The position numbers and the translations under genes were made by a program. From Heteronotia binoei (lineage: Eukaryota), in NCBI RefSeq assembly GCF_032191835.1, contig NC_083238.1, forward strand, positions 34,596,001-34,660,000: a stretch of DNA of 64,000 bases. Reading direction: 5' to 3'. Below the pieces are notes generated by a model. It saw only the letters and a list, made by a program, of their open reading frames with translations. It was not told where the DNA came from and made no database searches. Below, in pieces: positions 13,801 to 26,439 of this stretch; position 1 is the first letter of the stretch, and each line of letters opens with the position of its first letter.

Positions 13801-14779
13801 ATTACTCGGAAAGAAATAAGTTTTCGTCCGGCTTCTCTGCTCTGTCCAATTAAAGCACTGGGATGACTGATAAGCACTTGGCTCTTTTACATTTTATTAA
13901 AATTTAATTCCATGTGAATTATTTAATAATTTTAAACATGTCAGACAACTTTAGGATTTGTTGCTTTACGTTTTATGTATGATTAGGGCCCAAACATCAT
14001 ATCTGTGGGCCCAGGGAAATTTGCCACTCTCATCTAAGGAGTTCCTTTTGACGGCAAAATGCTCTCAATTCATATATAGAGCAGCTCCTAAATTAATATA
14101 TTAATTGAGAGCATTTTACCATCAAAAGGAATGACTTGCTTCTAATATAAATATTGTAGAGAGCATTTATTTTATTTTATTTTATTTTTATTTTATTAAA
14201 TTTATATCCCGCCCTCCCCTGGCGGGCTCAGGGCGGCTTTTGCCAGCAAGATCTAGAAGGCTTTGGCATCTGGTTAGAGAAGAGGATCAGGACAGGCTTA
14301 AGCTCCTAAAATAAATATAAACACTTAAATGGTACTAAGAGGTAAGTTCTTAATATCAATTAACAATATTTTTAGAAATTATTCATTTTAAAAAATTAAA
14401 AATTATCCACTTCAATTTAGCTTTGTGTTGTAGCTTGTTGTAATTACCATGGTTTATTCCAGGATGAGAGATTTTGAAGAAAATAAAGATGTTGCAGAGA
14501 GCACTAACACTGGATTGTAGCAAGAGGCTGATAACCTGGAAGGAAATAGGAATACTCTTGAGGAAGTTTTATTATGAAATGAGCCTACATCTGGGTTCTC
14601 ATTGGATGGACCTTTCTTGTAATATTGTAACATTGTACTTCTTTATAATGCGTGCAAAAGATTGTGTGACTCTTAAAAGGTTTTACTAAACATTGTTACC
14701 CACCAGTGTGTCCCACCTGGAGGTTGGCAGCCCTAGGTAGCCCTCTAACCCAAACAGCTTCTTAGCAACAACGGTGGGC

Positions 14780-15160
14780 CACCTAACAGATATACAAACC
14801 CAGAGACAAGAACCTGCAACAAACCCAGATACCAATTGTACACCCATAAAACACTCAGTCAATCTGATTACAGGACCTAGCATTAACAACATTATGTATA
14901 ACATCTTTGGATCATCCTCTATGCCATGATGTGTCAATACCCCTCTGCTTACTACATAATACAAGCAGTTTGGTCCCTTAAAAAAGGAGTCAGCAGACAA
15001 ATCTGAATTTAAAATGGCAATATTCAGAAAACAGTGGGGAGAACATTTCAGTCCCCCAGGAAACACTGTTGTCAATCACTATTCTCCAACAAAACATTTT
15101 CAAAGAAAGACTCCAGTTGCTGTAGTAGAATTCTTCAAGAAGGTTGATGCCATTCACTAG
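14780..15160 (+). mobile_element. Penelope-like element, GIY-YIG fragment
   Basis: Degenerate ILYAMMCQYPSAYYI..NGNIQKTVGEHFSPPGN. Confidence 0.7.
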
Positions 15161-16134
15161 TATCTGAAGCAAGGACCAGAGCCTATTCACCACAGGTGAA
15201 ATTGTTCAGTCAGTACAGTTTAACAAAATAGGTAAGCCAGTAGTATCACCCATTAGTGCTGTGGTGAATAGGCTCTGCACTTGCCTCAGCTTCACTTTTG
15301 TTGTTGTTGCTGACAAGTCACAGCTGATTTGTGGAGACCCCATGGAGCTTTCAAGGCAAGAGACATTTAGAGGTGTTTTGCCATTGCCTGTCTTCACATC
15401 GTGACCCGGTATTCCTTGGTGGTCTCCCATCTAAATACAAGCCAGGGCCAACCATGTTCAGCTTCTGAGATCAAGCTAGCCTGAAGCTATCTAGGTCAGA
15501 TCCAATTACAGTGACAGCTATGCATAATTACGTTGCACCTGGTACTTCCTGTAGTCCAACTAGAGTTGCCAGTCTCCAGGTGGGGTTCCTGGAGATAGCC
15601 GTGCAATAAAAATTATTTCTACTTGATGACTGCTCAAAATACTATTATTTCATATCACATACATTAGTGCTGTCACAGGAGAACCGAAATGCCTTTGTAA
15701 GATATTGACTATTGACTATTGCGTATGTATTTCATTGAGCATTGGTTCCAGAAAATAGCAAACAACTGTGTCGGACAAAGGACGTGACTGAAACATGCCA
15801 AGATTTTCCTAGGCTGCGTGTCCACTTTTATCTTCACGATTCTTGCATTACTGAAGGAATGACCAGCACTAATTGAGTACCTACCATTCTGAAGTCATTC
15901 ATTCCATCTTCGTAGTGGACTCTTAGGCTCACATAGTTTATAAACAGTACATGTATGTTACCATAATTGTAATTTATTCATGTTATGAACATCAATAACC
16001 AGTTGATTGTACTGTGTTGTTGTAACATGTATGTGCTATGAAATAATAGTATTTTGAGCAGTCATCAAGTAGAAATAATTTTTTTTTTTGCACAGTTATC
16101 TCCAGGAACTCAACCTTACCTTGTTATTTTCCCT

Positions 16135-16357
16135 TGTTTGCCACAGTCTCCAGGTGGGGCCCGGAGATCTCCTGCTTTTACAACTGAACTCCAGCTGGCA
16201 GAGATCAGCTCCCCTGGAGAAAATGGCTGCTTTGAAGGGTGGACTCCATGAAGGGTGGACTATCATGGTGAGGCCCCTCCCCTCCCCAAACCCCACCCTC
16301 TCCCAGATCCACCCCCAAAGTCTCCAGGTATTTTCCAACACAGACCTGGCAACCCTA
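16135..16357. mobile_element. hAT-like MITE (TAGGGTTGCCA family), degenerate
   Basis: Similar to 56837-57035; ends ctggcaacccta. Confidence 0.75.
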
Positions 16358-17736
16358 AGTCCGACTGAACATGTGCATGTTTTAAATCTTCAAACCATGT
16401 ATAAATATTTGCCAAAGGAGGAGCCACTGCATCTGATGAAGTGGGCTCAGTTTTTCCATTAACCAGATGGCACAAGAAGGGCTTGCCCTCTGCCCTTGCA
16501 AGGGCTCTCAGGCCCCTGGAGAACCCAAGAGGACGCTAGTCCAAGAATGACAGACTGGAAAGCTCAGTGGAAGTGACCAGGGCAGGATCTAGGGGGGAGC
16601 AGTGGGGGCACTTGCCTTGGGCGCTGTTGGAGGGATGGGGGGGTGCCAAATTGGGTATGAAATCCATTCTAATCTATGGGCCCATAAAATAGAATGAGCC
16701 CATAAGGGGGCATCATTTTTTAATTTTGCCCCCCCCCCCTCAGTCCTGGAAGTGACTAGATTAAAAGAGCAAAGGAAGAGGGGAAAAGGAGAAACGAAGG
16801 GCAACTTTTAAATCTATGTGCACCTGTGGCTGTACATTACAGCCTATACACTACAAACACGGAACAGGCATAAAGTGTGTGTATCAACCTTTGGCCCAGT
16901 TACCTTTAACTCTTCTTTATCCAGCCAAACCATTTGGCCCCCATAGGACAAACACCTGTTAACTGACCTGTGTGAAATGTGTGGCCTTCATCCAGCTGCT
17001 ATTAGACAGCCCTTCATCCATTCGTAGAACAGTCAGTGAAGTCTGAATGTAACAGATCCTAGAAATAGAATGATCTTTGCACAGACGGAAAACGTCAGCT
17101 CTTCATGCTACGGAGATCTTGGTCTTCTGTGAAGGGGGAAACGTCTCTGTAGACCCACCCCGTCGCGTTTATTATATAGAGGCTGCTACCTTACAAAACT
17201 GCAGGTATTATTCCATTGATTTGTGGAATTGGTGCATTACTGGTGAATCTCCAGATTATATTAAGATGAGGAATATTACAACTTTTGGCTAAAATATCAC
17301 TAGAAGAGTTGCTTGCCACAATTTCAGACTGATAAAATACGGACGGGTCAGCAACTATTTGCAGAGTACAGACCCATGAGGAGCCCACCACATAATCGTG
17401 GGTATCCAATGGCATCATTTTTCATAATTTTAATTATTAAATATGCAGTTGGAAAGCAGGATGTTTATGTTTAATGGTCATCATAACCTCTAATTAGTCC
17501 CACAGCAATTTCCATTTTTCAGAGTGGGGACAGCATATAAAGTTAGGACGGGTTATGCTTCCACAAAATAGCTTGTCCTTATACTTTAAAAAATATCTCT
17601 TGATGCTGTTTTGTGGTGAAAAGTGCCATCAAACCACAGCCAACCCGTAGGGTTTGCACGACAAGAGCTGAAGAAAGGTGGGTCACCATTGTCTGCCTCT
17701 GCATAGCAGCCCTGGACTTCCTTGATGATCTCTTGT

Positions 17737-17884
17737 ACTTGGGGGGGGGGGGGGTACAGTGGAAGGGCTTCTAGCCCCACTGGTGGACCTCTTGATGGCA
17801 CTTGGGGGTTTTTTGGCCACTGTGTGACACAGTGTTGGACTGGATGGGCCACTGGCCTGATCCAACATGGCTTCTCTTATGTTC
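17737..17884 (+). mobile_element. CR1 3' UTR tail nested in a 5S-SINE
   Basis: CR1 tail ending ttctcttatgttc, flanked by the two halves of a 5S-derived SINE. Confidence 0.75.
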
Positions 17885-18034
17885 TCATTCAAGAACAAAT
17901 TAGGGCCAAGCCTGCTTAGCTTTCGAGATCTGCAAAGGTCAGGCTAACCTGGCCCATCCAAAGCAAGCTCAGAGCTTTTTACTGCCTCATTCTGTTGCGT
18001 GTACATATGGGGTAATCTGGTCCCTCTCCTGTGT

Positions 18035-18225
18035 GAGGAGGAGGAGGAGAATCTCCTTTCCCTTCCTCGCCCACAACAGACACCCTGAGAGGTAGGTGGG
18101 GCTGAGAGAGCTCTCTCAGAAGCTGCCCTTTCAAGGACAGCTCTGCGAGAGCTATGGCTGACCCAAGGCCATTCCAGCAGCTGCAAGTGGAGGAGTGGGG
18201 AATCAAACCCAGTTCTCCCAGATAA
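18035..18225 (-). mobile_element. Squam3-like SINE, partial
   Basis: Family motifs ggccattccagcagctgcaagtggaggagtgggg. Confidence 0.8.
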
Positions 18226-18508
18226 GAATCTGTGCCAAACTGGCTCTGCACATAGCTCTGGATACATGGCACTGTACCATTGCTGCCTAGCTGCTATGAA
18301 ATGGAATATAGGGAACATTCTCCCATGCTAGCTTAGCTGACTGGCTACTAGGCTCAAACCAAGGAGTTGAATATCCTAACCTCAGCGTACCTGGGAAATA
18401 CCTCCAGCCATTAATTCTCCCCAAAGATTTCAAATAGGGTTGTACATAAGGACAGAGGTTCTCAGTCAGTGGTATGCATACCATTGGTGGGATATAGGAA
18501 TATTGTAG

Positions 18509-19540
18509 ATGGAATGAACATCGGAGCATACCTGAAGGTTTCTTTTCTTCAAGACATCCGAACTGGTTAGATCATGCCTCCTCTCGCTCTCGGCAGGGCT
18601 ATGGAAATTTGTATAGACTGTATTGGCTCAGAGTGAGGCTGACCTTCCAGTCTTAGTATAGCTCAGCTCCATAACAGATTTTGTGTCGGACTAGATTTCT
18701 ATTTCTTTCACTCACTCACTCTGTGGTGGGGTGTGGATGACTTCACCCTGCTGAAGAGAAGAAACCTTCAGGTAAGCTCCAATGTTTCATTCTTCTTCAG
18801 TGGGGGAAGTCATCCATATTGGTTATGTGTTCTATATGCCCAAGCTACAACTTGAGTGGGATCTTCATTTTTATTTTGTTCCACCACTATGCTGCACACC
18901 CTTATACCGGATGACACCTCTGCAGATTTTAACTGGTCCAACCTACAGGGTCTCACACATGTATAAAAGGTGGACCAGGTTGCAGATCTACAGATTTCTT
19001 CCACCAGAACCCTGTGGAAAGGTTGCTGCTGTTTCTACAGATCTGGTGAAGGCAGGTGGTAAGGAACTGAGGTGGTGGTGGAATTTCCCTCAACTCCAGG
19101 CATGCACAGTTGATGCCTGCTCCCCAGAGCTGAGAAAACCTGCCAGGTCTAAGCTCTAGAACATTCCCGGTGATAGCTACAGTGCAGGCACAGTACCCAG
19201 TGTGTGGCCTGCACAGAGACCACAAAGAAGATCTGGTGAAGAGGGCCGTAACATCCTTCGGAAGTCTCAGGCCTTGGATTTCACATGCTTTTTGGATACA
19301 TGGCTTGATCTGTAAGGCGATGGCAGGTTTTGAGACCTTCTTACCAAGAGACCGTGACATCCTATTTAAGCAAATGCATGGAGCTCTTTGCACTCCGTTT
19401 GAGATGACATGGCATAGGACACAAGAACGGTAGTACCATGATAAGGGAAAAAAATACCTGTGGCACAAAGGAAAGATCCGTTCTGAGCACCACTGACACC
19501 AAGTGAAATATACACAGCAGTGAAGGCAGCTTGTGAGCAC
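18509..19540 (-). mobile_element. DIRS (tyrosine recombinase retrotransposon) 3' remnant
   Basis: KKVSKPAIALQIKPCIQKACEIQGLRLPKDVTALFTRS and EICRSATWSTFYTCVRPCRLD (decayed YR catalytic region); ~45-bp inverted repeat at 18509-18553 / 18751-18795. Confidence 0.8.
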
Positions 19541-19683
19541 CCAGACATGATGTCACAACATTTGTGACATTGTCCCCATCCCCCCACCTCTTTTGTTCCA
19601 TTGCTCCAGCATAGGAGATGCAGTGCAAGAGCAAGAGGTTGCCTGCTGCAATAAGCCTGGTGGAGTGGTAGGATACAGGTCAA

Positions 19684-19862
19684 CAGTGTTCCCTCTCTAA
19701 GTTGAGTTAGTGTGAGCTAGCTCAGTTTTTTTAAGCTCCGGCTCACACATTTTTGTCTTAGCTCAGGAAAATCAATTTATGCAGTAGCTCTCAACTTTGA
19801 CGCCAGTAGCTCACAAAGTGGAATTTTTGCTCACAAGACTTCACAGTTTAGAGGGAGTATTG
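19684..19862. mobile_element. hAT MITE with 8-bp TSD CAGGTCAA
   Basis: TIR cagtgttccctct..ttagagggagtattg; TSD at 19676-19683 and 19863-19870. Confidence 0.85.
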
Positions 19863-20989
19863 CAGGTCAACACTACCAGGATCAGAAAGCCCAGGCAACC
19901 AAGGCTGAAAAACAACTGCATGGAGATGGTTGTGCCTAGCAGAGCTGAGAATAGAACTACTACCCATGCAGTTTTTGTTATTTTCGATCATTCACTAGAA
20001 TCCTGGAGAAACACCGACACAGCTGGGCTGTTCATTGACTGCCACACCACTGATTCCAGGTTTCAACTGGACCTGAATGCAGAGGTGGAGCAATCACTGA
20101 ATCTGTTAATCATTTTGAGCCAGCAGGTAATGAAATAGTTAGTTGCGGCACTATCATTGCAAGACAGATATTCCATTCTTTCCCGACAAATTAATCTTCA
20201 CCAGAACCACAGGGCTATTTTTTAAAGTTGGGTAAACTTTTATTGGAATGAGGTAATTATAGCTTCTGGTTTATTACCTCAGAGCATTACTTTTCTGTTC
20301 CTCTCTTGTAACCTCCTATGTGTAAAGATCACAGAAGTAGTCTCAATAAATAGTAGGAATCCAGATAGTCTCCATAGATATTAACCAGGAAATCACAGTT
20401 CACTTTGTGCCTTACATACTATTCTAAAGAGCAAGAGCTCTCAGATCCTCTAAACCCTAGCCATCCAGGAGAAATTTACGCATTAAGACTAGTTCAAATG
20501 CCAACAATACTTATTCCCAGATATCATGTAGCATTTGGCCTTAACATGAAATCTAATCTCAGTGTTCTTCTAGAGGCTTTGCCAAAAATAAAACAGCATG
20601 AAACAAACACTAACTTTTTCTCGTACAGCCTTTTACAATGACTCCAGTGTTTCCTTCAGTCTTCAGCTACAAATCCCTCCCAAAGTACAAAGGTCAGCTT
20701 TTAAGCATAAGGCACAATCCACCTTAAGGTAAAAAAAAACCACCTCTTTTTAAAGTAATGGTGATTTCAGCAGGAGAATTAAGCAAGTGTTGAGCAATCT
20801 GCTATTAAGATAAATGGAATTTTGAAGGCCTTAACCTGGGCAGGGTCACAGTGGTATTCTTTTTAACATCACAAGTCACCTAGTACTTAAAAAAAAAAAA
20901 AGGTAAAGTGTCAACACTATGGAATATTTGCAATAGGAATCCGAATGAGTGTCCATATGACTTTGGAATGGATCATCTTTTTTACTGCC

Positions 20990-21310
20990 CATGTTAACGT
21001 TTGGTTGTTCGGAGTTACTTTTGGATGTACTGCAAGGCAGTGAATATAATTTACATAGCCTAGACTCTGGAGATGTTCTTTTGCATTACATCAAAGCATT
21101 ATATCAGCAGAGGGATGCTTCTAAACAAATCTTTGCTTTCCTGAAGTTTTTTTCAAGACTCAAATGTTTGGGATCTCCAACTTTGTAGATGTGAAAAAAG
21201 CCAAGAAAACAATCCATGCCTTAACTTTATTGGGACTAATCCAATGACACGTAACTGTGTGCAAGCTTTCAAGTTCTACGGAACTCTCATCAGACCAGAT
21301 GTTACAAAAT
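20990..21310. mobile_element. Penelope-like terminal fragment
   Basis: actttattgggactaatccaatgac..gcaagctttcaagttc..ctcatcagacc; a related piece lies at ~53950-54200. Confidence 0.5.
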
Positions 21311-23514
21311 TTAAAAAGAGGGAAAAGGAGCGTTTAAGCAGATATCTTTAGGTTATGATGTTAAGATCTCCTCATGTTAGCCTCTGACAGGTTTGCTGAC
21401 CAGCGAAGACGCAGCGTTTATAGAAGGCAACCAAGATATTGTACATAGACTGGCCTTTATTTCTTGTTTTATCTGATGGAATTTTTAAAAGTCAAAACAG
21501 AGCACTCCTGGGATAGTACTAATAATTTTAAAAATACTTAAATAAGACAGCAGCCAAAGGAAAGCTGGCACTAAAAAGAGTAGAAAGAAGGTCAATATTG
21601 GTGCAATTTGATTTTTGGAACAAGTTTGCAGTTCATCAGAATTAGTCATTTCAACCCAAAAATTTAAACTGCCAGCTATTTGTTACACCCCAGAGCAATT
21701 ATCTCTTAGCAATGCTACAGATTGATAACATTGGTGTGATGTCCTGGTCCTCTGGGACTGCTGCCAAGATTCATTCTGCAAATGTAGTCAGAGGCTTGTA
21801 TTTCAGATAACTGCAAGCATCTTATCAACAGTGATTCCTCATTTATATAGTTACTGCTGCTCCGGTTACTGCTTCATATTTACTTCAATAGACAGACATA
21901 CAGAGTTACACAATGCTGGCTTAGAGACCTAACAGTTTAAGATAAGACCTAACAGTTGAAGATATAACTTTACTCCCTCTATATCATGGGGGATTTTTAA
22001 AATCAAACCAATTACACTGCCACCTTGGACTGGGAGCTGTACAAATGTCCATTACTTTCCAATAATTATATGGCAATTTGTTAAAACATTCGATGCCTCT
22101 CTGGGAAGGCCTATGCCACTTTACTTATGCTGTTCTGAACGGATGATTTCTGACTGAAGGTTGCAACATACTGATATACAAGAAGAACTGGCTTAAACTC
22201 CTGGGAGCTATAGATAGCAGGACTTTGTAGGGAACAGTGCTAAAGGAGTAGATAGAAGGGACCCCCAAGTATCCTTCTGATGTCTGGGAAGAGTAAGAAA
22301 AGAAAAAGGGAAGTTTGATGTAACAAGAGGTGAGTAATGGTAGCAGAATACCAACAGCCCTGAAGAAAGGTCACATAGTCAGAAGGGAGGAGGGGTAGAT
22401 AGATAATAATAGCTGTCACAATGGATAACAGGATTCAGCAAGCTCCAGGGCATGGTAGAATAGTCAAGTTACTTGGGCTACAATGCTAAGATTTGACTAG
22501 GGCTCCACAATATCTTGGGGCAGCTTTAAACCCACAAACCAATGCAGCCTTGATAAGGAAAACCATATTGCACATTCAATGTAAAAGTTATTTGGACAAT
22601 AGAATTTGAGATCTGTTTGGACACACACACACATTCTCATGGGACATTTAACAATAGGTAGTGACTGCACAGACTCTTATGAGGAAAAACACAGGCAAGT
22701 ACAAAGGATAAAGGAAGAGTTCTGGCCAGCTCAGAAGACCATGAAACTTTTGTCATTGTAGGTGGTGCCAATATTGTAGGTCTCTTGATATTTTCAGGTG
22801 CCACTAGTTGAATAAATTCTTCCCAGAGCGCATCTGTCAGAGGAGTCTTAAGAATAACTTGTCCAACTTATTAATCTATGGCTTCTTACATTCGTGATTC
22901 TGGCATCCTCTACTCTTCATTCTCAGCAGCACCAACAGTGCCCCCGGCATTCTTACAGTACAATCTTTTGCAGAGTTATTCCACTTTAAGTCCATTGATA
23001 TAAGCCAGTCTAAAGTTCTGACTGAAGTGACTCTGCATAAAATGACAGTGCTAGTCTTGCCTGATGCCACTGACCTCACTGTATCAGCTTCATATGCTTT
23101 GTGGATTCACTGGCCAATCGTGGGTCAACGGGAATCTGAGACGTTGCACAGAAATCCAGGTTTGCAAATGTATTCTTAAGCACCAACACAGTAACTCAAT
23201 AATTAAACAGTGAAACAATCCTTATCTGAAGACAGGAAATGTGTATATATCCTTCAACGTGGAATGCACTTGTATTGTTTTATGAAAGCTCTTCTAAATC
23301 CTGGCACTACCTTCAGGATTTTTCACAAAATAAAAAAGATTCAGACAAGTGCACATATTACACTGCAGTGTTCTGGAGGTTTGTTGATTGTTCGATGTGC
23401 GCTCTGGTTTATTATTTTTTTAACAGTTGCTTTGAGTCCTTTTCTGAGAACAGTGGGATATAAATACTTAAACAGGCCAGTCCACGCTTTAAGACAATCA
23501 CAACATGCAAAGCA

Positions 23515-24408
23515 GATGTTTAATGCTACAGTGTCTTTATTTTTCTTTAACAAAATACATAAAATTCACTTATGTTGTCATTATTGTACAGGTATAAATA
23601 ATGTTCAGTATTCAAGTACAATCAAGTGTAGAGATTCCTACGCCTCATGTAAACACAAGCTAGCCTTCTATTTCACACACTTTTAGTCTATCTGCTATGT
23701 AAATAGTCCCGGGGACTGTACCTTGGTTTGCTTCTTTAACTAGACTCTCCTAGTGCTCACCTTCCCCAAAGCTTTAGGGGTTTCTTTCAACTGTAATGAC
23801 ACATCTGTACTGCTTAAATACCCTAAGCACCATTCCTCCTGTAAACATCCAAGTATTTAATGTTTGAGTTCATTTCAATCGCTAAATATTACAAAATGTT
23901 CTAAAAGTTTTAGTGACCACCCAAAGTTAAATACACATCTTTTTGCCGTGCAATCCTGTGCCAAGATACTCCAGTCTAAGCCCATTGACTTCGGCTTGTT
24001 TAGAGTGGAGGAATTCTGCATAGGATTGCAATGTTAAGTCATTTACAGTCTCTCTTCGTTCCATGACCAAATAATACTATATTTGAGATCACTCAGACAC
24101 AAAAATACTCCTTTAAGCAAGCTTATCTTAATATGCAAAACAAATACATAAGGTTACCTGTGCCAGGATTAGACTTCAGCTAATGCGTGCATTCTGAAGT
24201 GCTTCTGCTCACCAAACACACACATACACGTACCCCCCCCCCACACACACACTCTTGCAGCACAATACCTCGTAGTAGACATTGCTTTGACATATTGTGG
24301 GAGTGGCACTCTGAGCTCATGAGAGTGAAAACACAAATCAAGCCTTAGAAAACAACCCACCGGAAAACTAAACAACTGAAAGAAAGATAGCTATAAATGA
24401 TTAGGCAC
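23515..24408 (-). other. LNPK: Probable LNPK 3' UTR with poly(A) signals
   Basis: Follows the stop codon. AATAAA on the minus strand at 23541-23536 with U/GU-rich sequence downstream; a second AATAAA at 23413-23408. The true end is not determinable. Confidence 0.5.
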
Positions 24409-24602
24409 TTATTCAGCATCTGCCAGAAGTTCTTCTCTTTGGTCAGCTGGAACAATGGACTTGTGTTTTGAAGCTGCAGGTGTTTCTTGGCTTGCTGAGG
24501 GCTCCTTCTCAGCTTCCTCTTCTGCTTTGTCACTGAAGTCCTCAGTGCTCAGTGCTTTGTCATCTCCCTGGTCTGTAACTGGGGGAGCATCTTCTAGAGG
24601 TT
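24409..24602 (-). CDS. LNPK: Lunapark terminal coding exon (EPLEDAPPVTDQGDD...EELLADAE*)
   Basis: cttctcttgcag acceptor, open acidic low-complexity frame ending in TAA at 24411-24409, followed by AT-rich UTR-like sequence. Confidence 0.8.
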
Positions 24603-26439
24603 CTGCAAGAGAAGCAGTATTGGGATTCAGTAGGGCACAGAATCCATCCCTGTGGTACTATCATGTTCTATGCTCCAAGCCAACTTTAAAACCTGAAACC
24701 TTACAAAACATTGTGAGAGGAGGCTGCAACTCTAGCTCCTTATGTAAGCAGGACAGGAGGAGAAGCTCTGAGTGGAACAGGTATGTGATTGCGTCTTTGC
24801 CTCCCTTCTTCGCTGGATCTTGCTGCAGTTATTCCCAGCTAAGCTCATGACATCTCACTTGTATTTCCTCTTCCTCCCAACTAGATTACATAGGAGTGCT
24901 TTCCCCTAAGGTGGTTGCTCTGAGATCCTCTGCCTAAAGACTCTCTTCATATATTTCTCCTGATCTCCTTGTACATTGTCTCTGCTACTGGCTCTGAGAT
25001 TTCCTGACCTCACTTCAAAACTCACCAGATTTTGGCCTCAGCCGAACAGCTACAGAATTTTGACCATGCTCATTTCCATAACCAGAAGTCCCTCCTGGGA
25101 GGATTTTTTTCCTGGACCACTGGGACATATTTTGGCTCAACGCTCTAGTTTATGTGCATACATTGAAAGCCAGGTGGCTGAGAGGTAGGAACATAATTTC
25201 TAGAATAAATCCTGAATTCATTTCAGCCCTCAGCAAACCTGTGCAGCTTTTGCAAGTGGTGCATCCAGAAATTTGATATAAATTTCTAAAGGGTATTAGC
25301 GATGAGAATAGCAAACACAGAGAACTCAAGTCACTCCCGAGTGCCACAGTCCTTCCGAGAAGGACGGGGTTAACTAGTATACTAAACAAACAACCATGGA
25401 GAGCACTGGCTAAGCAGGGTTTCCCGCAGCACTGCAATTATCTCGGAAATCTCAAGGAGTTTATCAGCATCCTCTCCTTGCAATTCCCTACTGCCCCAAA
25501 CGAACGTAGTGGCTAAACTACATAGCTCAAGTGATCACAAATTGCTGTGTAGTCAGCAACAAGAAAACCTGGGAAAGCGACGCTGTTGCCAGCAGGATGT
25601 GCAAAATACTATAGAAGGCTTCAGAGGCAGGAAAGCAATAAGGATAAGAACAAAGAATGACTTAAGTCCAAATCTCGTGCACAAATTTCTGTATGCGTTG
25701 AATACTGACAGAGAATCATGTAAGCTTCTTTGGGTCTCCAATGGGGATAATAGCAGGGTATAAATATCTAAGTAAATAAGTATGAGCCATGGAGACAGAA
25801 TCCCACTTTTTACAAAGCTGTAAAGAATGCCCAGAGCAATGGCAGAAGCTTAGTAAGATTCTCAATGGTCAGAGGATGAAGCTACAGCTGTATACCAGGG
25901 GTGGCCAAACTGTGGCTCTTTCACACATATTATGTGGCTCTCAAAGCCCCCATCACCCCGTTGGCTGGCTTGGAGAAGGCATTTGTCTCTAAACTTCACC
26001 AAGCCAAGCCAGTCACCAACTTGGAAAATGCATTTAAAGTTAAAGTTGCTTTCTTTCCATCTTTCCCTCCCCCATATATTCGCTTAGTTTGGCCTCCCCA
26101 ACTATATACCTATACAGCTCCTTGCCTCTTTCCATGACTATTTAGTTATTTAAATGTATTCGAAGTTGTTCAACCCACTTTTCTCCTCTACAGGACTCCA
26201 TGCAACTGGCAGAAAGAGAACGATGCCAGTAGTAAAAGCAGCAAAAACATGCTAAGCGAGAGGAAGCCATGGGACTGTATGATTTATATAATTTACGTGG
26301 GTCACAGAATGCATGACCTGAGCACAAAAGTCTGATACTCTGCAGCACAAAATACAGATATTACTGTCACCATCACTGCTGTTTCAAAGGACGGTGAAGT
26401 GTCCTCAAGTGCTACTGTGCCGTCCTCAAATGCTATTGC

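Noticed and set aside
18509-18795. Long terminal stem suggesting a scaRNA/snoRNA
   Set aside because: Better explained as DIRS terminal/ICR repeats next to a YR remnant; no clear C/D or H/ACA boxes.
19797-20138. 113-aa plus-strand ORF ending at a CAG|gtaatg donor-like site
   Set aside because: Starts inside a MITE, no recognisable protein, no partner exons.
22080-23160. Codon-like stretches downstream of the UTR (e.g. KTPLTDALWEEFIQLV)
   Set aside because: Stops in all frames and no recognisable family; possibly old LINE debris or extended UTR.
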